A model generated the notes under the pieces. It had not been told where the DNA came from, did no database searches, and was given only the letters and a program-made list of their open reading frames with translations. Position numbers and translations under genes: made by a program. From the human T2T-CHM13v2.0 reference genome, Homo sapiens, in NCBI RefSeq assembly GCF_009914755.1, contig NC_060945.1: 64,000 bases of DNA; one strand, written 5' to 3'. Shown in pieces: positions 53,401 through 64,000 of this stretch (position 1 is the first letter of the stretch; each line of letters opens with the position of its first letter).

Positions 53401-56400
53401 GAGTCGAATGGAGTGGAGTGCTCTGAGTGTAATGGAGTGGAGTGGAATGGAATGGAGTGGAATGGAATGGAATGGTATGGACTGGAATGAAATGGAATGG
53501 AGTGGAATACAATCGAGTGGAGTGGAGTGGATTGGAGTGGAATGGAGTGGAGTGGAATGGAGTCGAATGGAGTGAAATGGAGTGGAGTGGAGTGGAGTGG
53601 AATGAAATGGAGTAGGAATGGAATGGAATGGAATGGAATGGAACGGAATGGTGAAATGAAATGTGAGCTGAGATTGTGCCACTACACTCCAGCCTGGGTG
53701 ACAGAGTGAGATCCTGTTGAAAGAAAGGAAAGTAATGTTATGGAGTGTACTGGAATTGAATGGAATGGAATGTAGTGGAGTGGAGTGGAGCGGAAAGGAG
53801 TGGAATGCAATGTGATGCAATGGAAAGGATCGGAGTGGAGTGGAGTGCAGTGGTATTGAGTGGAATGGAATGGGATGGAATGGAGAGGAGAGGAGAAAAG
53901 TGGAGTGGAGTGGAATGGAATGGAGTGGAGTGGAGTTTAGTGGATTGGAGTGGAATGGAATGGAAAGGTGAAATGAAATGTGAGCTCAGATTGTGCCACT
54001 GTACTCCAGCCTGTGTGAGACAGTGAGACCCTGTCGAAAGAAAGGGATGGAATGGAATGGAGTGGAATGGAAAGGAACGGAATTGAATGGAGAGGAGTGG
54101 GGTGGAGTGGAGTGGAATGGAGTGGAATAGAATGGGATGGAAAGGAATGTAATGGTTTGGAGTGGAGTGGAGTTGAGTGATGTGGAATGGAGTGGAAAGG
54201 AATGGGATGGATTGGAATGGAGAGGACTGGAGTGGAGTGGAATGGAATGGAATGGAATGGAATGGAGTGGAGTGGAATAGAGTGGAGTGCACTGGAGTGC
54301 AATGGAATGGAATGGTGAAATTAAATGTGAGCTGTGATTGTGCCACTGCACTCCAGCCTTGGTGACACAGTGAGATGCTGTCAAAAGAAAGGAATGGAAT
54401 GGAATGCAGACGAGTAGAGTGGAGTGCAGTAGAATGGAGAGGAATGGAATGGATTGGAATGGGATGGGATGGAATTGAATGGAATGTAGTGGAGTGGAGT
54501 GGACTGGAATTGAAAGGAATGAACTCGAATGTAATGGAATGGAGTGGAGTGGAGAGGAGTAGAGTGGAGTGGAATGGAATGGTTTCCAGTGGAATTGAAT
54601 GGCGTGGAGGGTAGTGGAGTGAAGTATAGTGGAATGGAATGGAATTGAATGGGATTGAATGGAATGGAGTTGAGTGGTGTGGAGTGTACTGGAGTGTAAG
54701 GGAGTTGAATGGAATGGATTAGAGTGGTGTGGAGTGGAATGGAGAGGAAGAGAGTTGAATGGAATGGGATGGAATGGAATGGAGTGGAGTGGAGTGGAAT
54801 GGAATGGAATGGAATGGAATGGAAATGAATGGAATGGAATGGAATGGAATGGAATGGAATGGAATGGAAATGAATGGAATGGAATGGAATGGTGAAATGA
54901 AATGTGAACTGAAATTGCGTTACTGCACTCCAGTCTGGGTGACAGAGTGAGATCCTGTCAAAAGAAAGGAATAAAATGGAATGGATTAGAATGGAACGGA
55001 ATGGAATGGAATGGAATGGAACGGAATGGAATGGAACGGAATGGAATGGAATGGAGTGGAGTGGAGTGGAGTGGAATGGAGTGGAATGTAATGGGATGGA
55101 ATGACATGGAGTGGAGTGGCATAGAGTGGAATGGAGTGGAGTGGAGTGTAATGGAATGGAATGTAATGGAGTGGGATGTATATAGGGGAGTGGAGTGGAA
55201 TGGAATGGAATGAAATGGAATGGATTGGAATGCAGTAGAGTGAAATGGTGAAACGAAATATGAGCTGAGATTGTGCCACTGCACTCCATCCTGGGAGAGA
55301 GAGTGAGATCCTGTCAAAAGAAAGGAATGGAACGGAATGGAGTGCAATGGAACGGAATGGAGTGGAATGGAGTGGAGTGGAGTGGACTGGAGTGGAGAGG
55401 AGTGGAGTGGAGGGGAATGGAATGGTATGCAATGGATGGAATAGAATGGAATGGAGTGGAGAGGAGTGGAGTGGAGTGGAATGGAGTGGAATGGAATGGG
55501 ATCGAATAGAGTGAATTGGAGTGGAGTGGAATGGAGTGGAATAGAATGGAATGGAATGGAATTTAATGGAATGGAATGGAAAGGAATGGAATGGATTGGA
55601 ATTGTGAAATGAAATGTGAACTGAAACTTTGTCACTGCACTCCAGCCTGGGTGACAGAGTGAGATCCTCTCAAAACAAAGAAATGGAATTGAATGGAGTA
55701 TAACGGAATGTAATGGAATGGAGTAGAGTGAAATGGAGTGGAGTTGAGTGGAATGGAGTCTAATGGAACCGGATGGAATGGAGTGGAGTGGTGTGGAGTG
55801 CAGTGGAATGGAATTGAATGGAATGGAGTGGAATGGAATGGAATGGAATACAGTGGAAGGGATTGGTGAAATGAAATGTGAGCTGAGATTGTGCCACTGT
55901 ACTCCAGCCTGGGAGACAGTGTGAGATCCTGTAGAAAGAAAGGAATGGAACGGAATGGAGTGTAATGGAATGGAATGGAATGGAATGTAGTGGAACGGAA
56001 TGGAATGGAGTGTAGTGGAATGGAATGGAATGGAGTGTAATGGAATGGAATGGAATGTAGTGGAATGGAATGGAGTGGAATGGAATGGGATGGAATGGAA
56101 TGGAGTGCAGTGGTTTGGAGTGGACTGAAGTGGAAGGGAGTTGAATGGAATGGAGTGGAGTGGTGTGGAATGGACTGGAGTGGAAGGGAGCTGAATGGAG
56201 TGGGATGGATTGGAATGGAGTGGAGTGGAGTGAAGTGGGGTGGAATAGAATGGAATGGAATGGAATGGAATGGAATGGTGAAATGAAATGTGAACTGAAA
56301 TTGTGTTGCTGCACTCCAGCCTGGGTGACAGAGTGAGATCCAGTCAAAAGAAAGGAATGGAATGGAATGGAGTAGAATGGAATGGAATGGAGTGGAGTGG

Positions 56401-59400
56401 AGTGGAGTGGAATGGAGTGGAATGTAATGGGATGGAATGACATGGAGTGGAGTGGCGTGGATTGGAGTGGAGTGGAGTGGAGTGGAATGGAATAGAGTGG
56501 AATGGATATAGTGGTGTGGAGTGGAATGGAATGCAGTGGAATGGAATGGAATGGAATGGAATGCAGAAGAGTGGAGTGGAGTGGAATGGAATGTAATGGA
56601 ATGGAAAGGAATGCAATGTAATGGAATGCAATGGAATGGTGAAATGAAATGTGAACTGAGATTGTGCCACTGTACTCCATCTTGGGTGACAGAGTGAGAT
56701 CCTGTCGAAAGAAAGGAATGGAATGGAAAGGAGTGTAGTGGAATGGAATGGAGTGGAGTTAAGTGGAGTGGATTGGCATGAATAGAATGGGATGGAGTGG
56801 AATGGAATGGAGTGGATAGGAGTGGAGTGGAGTTGAGTGGAGTGGATTGGGGTGGATTGGAGTGGAATGGAATGGGATGGAATGGAAAGGAGTGGATTGG
56901 AGTGGCGTGGAATGGAGTGGAATGGAATGGGATAGAATGGAATGGAGTGCAGTGGAGTGAAGTGGAGTGGAGTGGAGTGGAATGGAATGGAATTTAAAAG
57001 AATGGAATGGAATGAAAAGGAATGGAATGCTATGGTGAAATGAAATGTGAGCTGAGACTGTCCCACTGTACTCCATCCTGGGTGATAGAGTGAGATCCTG
57101 TCTTAAGAAAGGAAAGGAATGGAATGGATTGGAAAATAATGGAAAGGAATGGAATGTAGTGGAGTGGGTGGAGTGGAGTGGAGTGGACTGGAGTGGAGTA
57201 AAGTGGAGTGGAGGGGAATGGAGTGGAATAGAATGGGATGGACTGGAATGGAATGAAGTGGAGTGGAGTGGAGTGGAGTCGACTGGAGTGCAGAGAAGTG
57301 GAATGGAGTGGAATGGAAAGCAATGGAATGGACTCGAGTGTAGTGTAGTGGAGTGGAGTGGAATGGAGTGGAGTGGAATGCAATGGAATAGAATGGAATA
57401 GAATGCGATGGAATGCAATAGAATAAAATGGTGAAATGAAATGTGAGCTGAGATTGTGCCATGGCACTCCAGCCGGGGTGTGAGAGTGAGATCCTGTCAA
57501 AAGAAAGGAAAGGAGTGGAAAGGAGTGGAATGGAATAGAATGGAGTGGAGTGGAGTGCAGTAGAGTGGAGTGGAATGGAATGGGATGGAGTGGAATGGAG
57601 TGGAGTGGAGTGAACAAGAGTGGACTGGATTGGATTAAAGTGCAGTGAAGTGGAGGGGAGTGGAGTGGAGGGGAATAGAGTGGAATAGAATGGGATGGAT
57701 TGGAATGGAATGGAGTGGAGGTTAGTGGAGTGGAGTTGAGTGGAGTGCACTGGAGTGGAATGGAGTGGAATGGAATGGAATGGAATGGAGCCGAGTGGAG
57801 TGGAGTGTATTGGAGTGGAATGGAGTGGAGTGGAATTGAATAGAATGGAGCGGAGTTAAATGGAGTGGAGTGGAGTGGAGTGGAATGGAATGGAATGGAA
57901 TGGAATTGAACGGAATGGAAAGGAAAGGAATGCAATGGAATGGAATGGAGTGGAATGCAATGGAATGAAATGGAATAGAATGGTGAAATGAAATGTGAGC
58001 TGAGATTGTGCCACAGCACTCCAACCTGGGTGTGACAGTGAGATCCTGTCGAAGGAAAGGAATGGAATGGAAGGGAATGGAATGGAATGGAGTGGAGTGG
58101 AGTTGATGGGAGTGGAATAGAGTGGAATTGAATGGGATGGAGTGGAATGGAGTGGAGTGAAGTGGAGTGGAATGGAGTGGAATTGAATGGGATGGAATGA
58201 AATGGAGTGGAGTGGAGTGGAATGGAATAGGATGGAACAGAATGGAGTGCATTGCAGTGGAGTGGAGAGGAGTGGAATGGAATGGAACAGAGTGGAGTGG
58301 ACTGGAGTGGAGTAGAATGGAATGGAATAGAATGGAATGGACTCGTGAAATGAAATATGAGCTGAAATTGTGCCACTGCACTCCAGCCTGGGTAACAGAG
58401 TGAGATTCTCTCAAAGAAAGGAATGGAATCAAATGGAGTGGATTGGAATGGAGTGGAATGGAGTGTAGTGGAGTGGAGTGGAGTTGAGTGGAGTGCACTG
58501 GAGTGGAGTGGAGTGCACTGGAGTGGAATGGAGTGGAATGGAATGGTGAAATGAAATTTGAGATGAGATTGTGCTACTGCACTCCAGCTTGTGTCACAGA
58601 GTGAGATCCTGTCAAAAGAAGGGAATGGATTGCAGTGAAGTGGAATTGAAAGAAATGGAATGGAATGGAATAGAATGGGATGGGATGGAATGGAATGGGA
58701 TGGGATGGAATGGAATGGAATGGAATGGTATGGAATGGAATGGAGTGGAGTGGACTGGAGTGGTGTGGTATGGAATGGAATCTAATGGGACAGAATGTAA
58801 TGGAATGGAGTGGAGTGGAGTGCAGTGGAGTGGAATGGAGTGGAATGGAATGGGATGGAGAGTATTGATGCGGAGTGGACAGGAGTGGAGTGGAGTGGAC
58901 TGGAGTGGAAGGGAGTGGAGTGGAGTGGAGCAGAATGGAACAGAATGGAACGAAATGGAATGGAATGGTGAAATAAAATGTGAGCTGAGATTGTGCCACT
59001 GCACTCCAGCCAGGGTGACAGAGTAAGATCCTTTCAAAAGATAGGAAAGTAATGTAATGGATTGTATTGGAATTGAATGGAATGGAATGCAGTGGAGTGG
59101 ACTGGAGTGGAGTGGAATGGAGTGGAATGTAAAGTGATGCTATAGAAAGGATCGGAATGGAGTGGAGTCGAATGGAATGGAATGGAATAAGATGGAATGG
59201 AGAGGAGAGGAGAGGATTGGAGTGGAGTGGAATGGAATGGAATGGAATGGAATGGAGTGGAGTGGAGTTGAGTGGACTGGAGTGGAATGGAGTGTAATGG
59301 AATGGAAAGGTGAAATGAAATGTGAGCTCAGATTGTGCCACTGTACTCCAGCCTGTGTGACAGAGTGAGACCCTGTCAAAAGAAAGTGATGGAATGGAAT

Positions 59401-60600
59401 GGAGTGGAATGGAAAGGAATGGAATTGAATGGAGTGGAGTGTAGTGGAATGGAATGGAGTGGAATGGAGTGGAGTGGAGTGGAATGGAATGGAGTGGAAT
59501 GGAGTGGAGTGGAGTGGAATGGAGTGGAATGGAATGGGATGGAAAGGAATGTAATGGTTTCAAATGGAGTGGAGTGATGTGGAATGGAGTGGAATATAAT
59601 GGGATGGATTGAATGGAGTGGAGTGGGATGGAATGGAGTGGAATGGAATGGAATGGAATGGAATGGAGTGGAGTGGAATGGAATGGAGTGGAGTGCACTG
59701 GAATGCAATGGAATGGAACGGAATGGAATGGAATGGTGAAATTAAATGTGAGCTGTGATTGTGCCACTGCACTCCAGCCTGGGTGGCAGAGTGAGATGCT
59801 GTCGAAAGAAAGGAATGCAATGGAATGGAATGGAATGGAGCGGAATGGAGAGGAGTGGTGTGGAGTGGAGTGGAGTGGAGTGGAGAGGAATGGAATGGAG
59901 TGGAATGGGATGGGAAGGAATTGAATGGAATATAGCGGAGTGGAGTGGAGTGGAATGGAATGGAATGGAATGGCGTGGAGTGGAGTGGAGTGGATTGGAG
60001 TTAAATAGAATGGAATTGAATGCAATGGAATGGTGAAATGAAATGTGATCTGAGATTGTGCCACTACACTCCAGCCTCAGTGACAGAGTGACACTCTTTC
60101 GAAGAAAACGAATGGAATGGAATGGAGTGGAATGGAATGGAATGGAGTGGAGAGTAGTGGAGTGGAGTGAAGTGGAGTGGAGAGGAATGGAATACTTTGG
60201 AGTGGAATTGAATGGAGTGGAGGGTAGTGGAGTGAAATGGATTGGAATGGAGTGGAATGGAATGGGCTGGAATGGAGTGGAGTGGTGTGGAGCGGACTGG
60301 AGTGGAATGGAATGGGTTGGAATGGAGTGGAGTGGTGTGGAGCGGACTGGAGTGGATGGGAGTTGAATGGAATGGAGTGGAGTGGTGTGGAGTGGACTGG
60401 AGTGGAAGGGAGTTTAATGGAATGGGATGGAATGGAATGGAGTGGAGTGGAGTTTAATAGAATGGGATGGAATGGAATTGAATGGAAAGGAATGGAATGG
60501 AATGGAATGGAATGGTGAAATGAAATGTGAACTGAAATTGTGTTACTGCACTCCACCCTGGGTGACAGAGTGAGATCCTGTCAAAAGAAAGGAATGGAAT
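47500..60600 (+). repeat. Diverged ~4.5-5.3 kb higher-order repeat within the composite satellite (two near-complete copies plus one partial)
   Basis: Same ordered series of cassette variants at 48656/48988/49350, 53650/53967/54314 and 58967/59309/59735; boundaries approximate. Confidence 0.75.
53650..53730 (+). repeat. Alu-derived ~80-bp cassette, type 2 (representative)
   Basis: GGTGAAATGAAATGTGAGCTGAGATTGTGCCACTACACTCCAGCCTGGGTGACAGAGTGAGATCCTGTTGAAAGAAAGG; about 32 copies between 48656 and 62025, spaced roughly 200-750 bp. Confidence 0.9.
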
Positions 60601-61426
60601 GGAATGGAGTAGAATGGAATGGAATGGAATGGAATGGAGTGAATTGGAGTGGAGTTTAGTGGAGTGGAGTGGAATGCTGTGGAATGGAATGGTATGGAAT
60701 GGAATGGAATGGCATGGAGTGGAGTAGAGTTGATTAGAGTGGAGTGGAGTGGAGTGGAATGGAGTGGAATACAATGGAATGGAGTGGAGTGGATTGGAAT
60801 GTAGAAGGGTGGACTGGAATGAAGTGGAATGGAACGGAATGGAATGGAATTGAATGGAATGGAGTGGAATGGAATGGAGTGGAATGGAATGGAATGGAAT
60901 GGAATGGAATGGAATGGTGAAATGAAATGTGAGCTGAGATAGTGCCGCTGCACTCCAGCCTGGGTGACAGAGTGAGATCCTGTTGAAAGAAAGGAATGGA
61001 ATGGAATGGAATGGAATGGAATGGAATGGAATGGAATGGAATGGAATGGAGTGAAGTGGAGTGGAGTGGAGTGGAGAGGAATGGAGTGGAATGTGATAGG
61101 ATGGATTGGAGTGGAATGGAGTAGAATGGACTGGACTGAGGTGGAGTGGATTGGAGTGGAATGGAGTGGAATGGAGTGGATGGAATGGAATGAAATGGAT
61201 TGGAATGGAATTGAGTGGATTGAAGTGGAGTGGAGTGGAATGAAGTGCAGTGGAATGTTATGGAATGGAAATGAATGGAATGGAATGCAATGAAATATAA
61301 TGGTGAAGTGAAATGTCAGCTGAGATTACTCCACTGCACTCCAGCCTGGGTGACAGAGTGATATCCTGTCGAAAGAAAGGAATGGAATGGAATGGAATGG
61401 TGTGGAATGGAATGGAATGGAAGGGA

Positions 61427-61527
61427 GTGTAGTGTAGTGTAGTGTAGTGTAGTGTAGTGTAGTTTAGTGTAGTGTAGTGTAGTGTAGTGTAGTGTAGTGG
61501 AATGGAGTGTAGTGTAGTGCAGTGTAG
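61427..61527 (+). repeat. (GTGTA)n pentamer microsatellite
   Basis: ~14 nearly uninterrupted GTGTA units at 61427-61497 plus a few more to 61527. Confidence 0.93.
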
Positions 61528-62140
61528 TGGAGTGGAGTGGAGTTTAATGCAATGGGATGGAATTGAAGGGAGTGGAGTGGAGTGGAATGCAATGTAGTGA
61601 AAGGGAGTGTGATGGATTGGAATGGAGTGGATTGCAGTGGAGCGGAGTGTAGTGGAATGGAATGGAATGGAGTGGAATGGAATTGAATGGAATGCAATGG
61701 AATGGAATGGCGTGGAATGAATTGGAATGGAATGGTGAAATGAAATGTGAGCTGAGATTGTGCTACTTCACTCCAGGCTGGTTGACAGGGTGAGATATTG
61801 TCAAAAGAAAGGAGTGGAGTGGAGTGGAGTTGAATGCAATGGGATGGAATGGAATGGAGTGGAGTGGAGTCGAGTAGAGTGGTTTGGAGTGGAATGGAAT
61901 GGAATAGAATGGAAAGGAATGGAATGCAATGGAATGGAATGGAAAGGTGAAATGTAATGCGAGCTGAGATTGTGCCACTGCACTGCAGCCTGGGTTACAG
62001 AGTGAGATCCTGTCGAAAGAAATGAATGTAATGGAATGGAGTGGAATGTAATGGAATGGAATGTAATGGAGTGGGGTGGAGTGCAGTGGAGTGAGGTGGA
62101 GTGGAATGGAATGGGACAGAATGGAATGCAGTGGAGTGGA

Positions 62141-64000
62141 TTGGAGCACTTTGAGGCCTATGGTGGAAAAGGAAATATCTTCACATAATACCTAGACAGA
62201 AGCAGTCTGAGAAACTTCTTTGTGATGTGTGCGGTCTTCTCACAGAGTTGAACCTTTCTTTTTATTGAGCAGTTTGGAAACTCTTTTTGTAGAATCTGCA
62301 AGTGGACATTTGGAGCGATTTGAGGCATATGTTGAAAAAAAATCTTCACATGAAAACTAGACAGAAGCGTTCTGCAAACTTCTTTGTGATATGTGCATTC
62401 ATCTCAAATAATTTAACCTTTATTTGATTCAGCAGCTTTGAAACTCCCTTTTTGTATTATCTGCAAGTGGACATTTGGAGTGCTTTGAGGCATATGATGG
62501 AAAAGGAAATATCTTCAAAAAAGCTAGACAGAAGCATTCTGACAAATTTCTTTGTGATGTGTGCATTCATCTCACAGGTTTGAACCTTTCATTTGATTGA
62601 ACGGCTTTGAAAAACTTTGTACAATCTGCATGTGGAAATTTGGAGCACTTTGAATCCTATGGTGGAAAAGGAAGTATCTTCATATAAAAACTATACAGAA
62701 ACATTCTGACAAACTTCTTTCTGATGTGTGAATTTATCTCACAGATTTGAACGTTTCTTTTCATTGAGCAGTTTTGAAACACTCTTTTTGTAGAATCTGC
62801 AAGTGGATATTTGGAGAGTTTTCAGGCCTACGGTGGAAAAGGAAATATCTTCACATAAAAACTAAACAGAAGCATTCTGAGAAACTTCTTTGTGATGTAT
62901 GCATTCACCTCACAGTGTTGAAATTTTATTTTGATTGAGCAGTTTCAAAACACTCTTTTTGTAGAATCTGCAAGTGGACATTTATGAGCACTGTGAGGCC
63001 TAGTGTGGAAAAGGAAACATCTTCACATTAAAACTAGACAGAATAATTCTGACCAACTTCTTTTGGATGTGTGCATCTATCTTCCAGATGTGAACCTTAC
63101 TTTCGATTGAGCAGTTCTGAAACACTCTTTTTGTAGAATCTGCAAGTGGAAATTTGGAGCGCTTTGCAGGCTATGGTGGAAAAGGAAACATTTTCACATA
63201 AAAACTAGACAGAATCATTCTGACAAACTTCTTTGGGATGTGTGCATTCATCTGACAGAGTTGGAACTTTCTTTTGATTGAACAGTTTTGAAACACGTTT
63301 TGTAGAATTTGCAGGAGGACATTTGGAGTGTTTTGAGGCCTATGGTGGAAAAGAAAATATCTTCACTTAAGTGCTAAACAGAAGCATTCTGAGAACCTTC
63401 TTTGTGATGTGTGCATTCATCTCACCGAATTTAACCTTACTTTTGATTGAGCTGTTTTGAAACACTCTTGTAGAATCTGCAATAGGACATTTGGAGCGCT
63501 TTGTGGACTATGGTGGAAAAGGAAATAACTTCACATAAAAACTAGACAGAATCATTCTGAGAAAATTCTTTGTGATATGTGAATTCATCTTAGAGAGTTG
63601 AACCTTTCTTTTGAGCAGTTTTGAAAAACTCATTTGTAGAATCTATAATTGGTCATTTGCAGCACTTTGAGGCCTATGGTGGAAAAGGAAATATCTTCAC
63701 ATAAAAACTAGACAGAAGCATTCTGAGAATCTTCTTTATGATGTGTGCACTCACCTCACAGATTCGAACCTTTCTTTTGGTTGAGCAGTTTGGAAACACT
63801 CTTTTTGTAGAATCTGCAAGTGGATATTTGGAGTGCTATACTGCCTAAAGTGGAAAAGAAAATATCTTCACATAAAAACTAGACAGAAGCATTCTGAGCA
63901 ACTCCTTTCACATGTGTGCATTCACGTGACAGAGTTGAAATTTTCTTATGATTGAGCAGTTTTGAAACATTCTTTTTGAGAATCTGCAAGTGGATATTGG
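62141..64000 (+). repeat. Monomeric alpha satellite, 171-bp type
   Basis: TTGGAGCACTTTGAGGCCTATGGTGGAAAAGGAAATATCTTCAC..., AATCTGCAAGTGGA(C/T)ATTTGGAG, GAAGCATTCTGA(C/G)AAAC; runs off the window end. Confidence 0.97.

Noticed and set aside
48656-62025. CRISPR-like appearance (conserved repeat separated by variable sequence)
   Set aside because: Primate satellite context; the repeat is an ~80-bp Alu fragment, the intervening sequence is variable-length pentamer satellite, and there are no cas genes.

Overview
Human/great-ape pericentromeric heterochromatin with no protein-coding gene; almost all listed ORFs are translation artefacts of satellite DNA, and the rest are L1 ORF2 remnants. Layout: (1) 1-26105 is divergent monomeric alpha satellite (~171-172 bp, pJalpha/A-box type, no CENP-B box seen) in several layers. 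It has a strand switch at ~8243, three 5'-truncated L1PA insertions (10458-12033 with internal inversion, 15881-16332, 24161-25333) and several local tandem duplications. (2) 26103-62145 is ~36 kb of a GGAAT/GGAGT satellite III-like array punctuated by ~48 copies (counted by eye) of an ~80-bp cassette derived from the 3' end of an Alu (AluJ-like ending). The array has a sparse and a dense domain, a diverged ~5-kb higher-order repeat, and one full-length AluY inserted inside one cassette (38808-39110). (3) 62141-64000 is alpha satellite again. The most interesting signal is the composite 'Alu 3' end + pentamer tail' satellite, which suggests the pentamer array grew from an Alu tail and was amplified as a unit. 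Coordinates and identities are read by eye. Alpha strand '+' means the strand reading GAAGCATTCTGAGAAAC.
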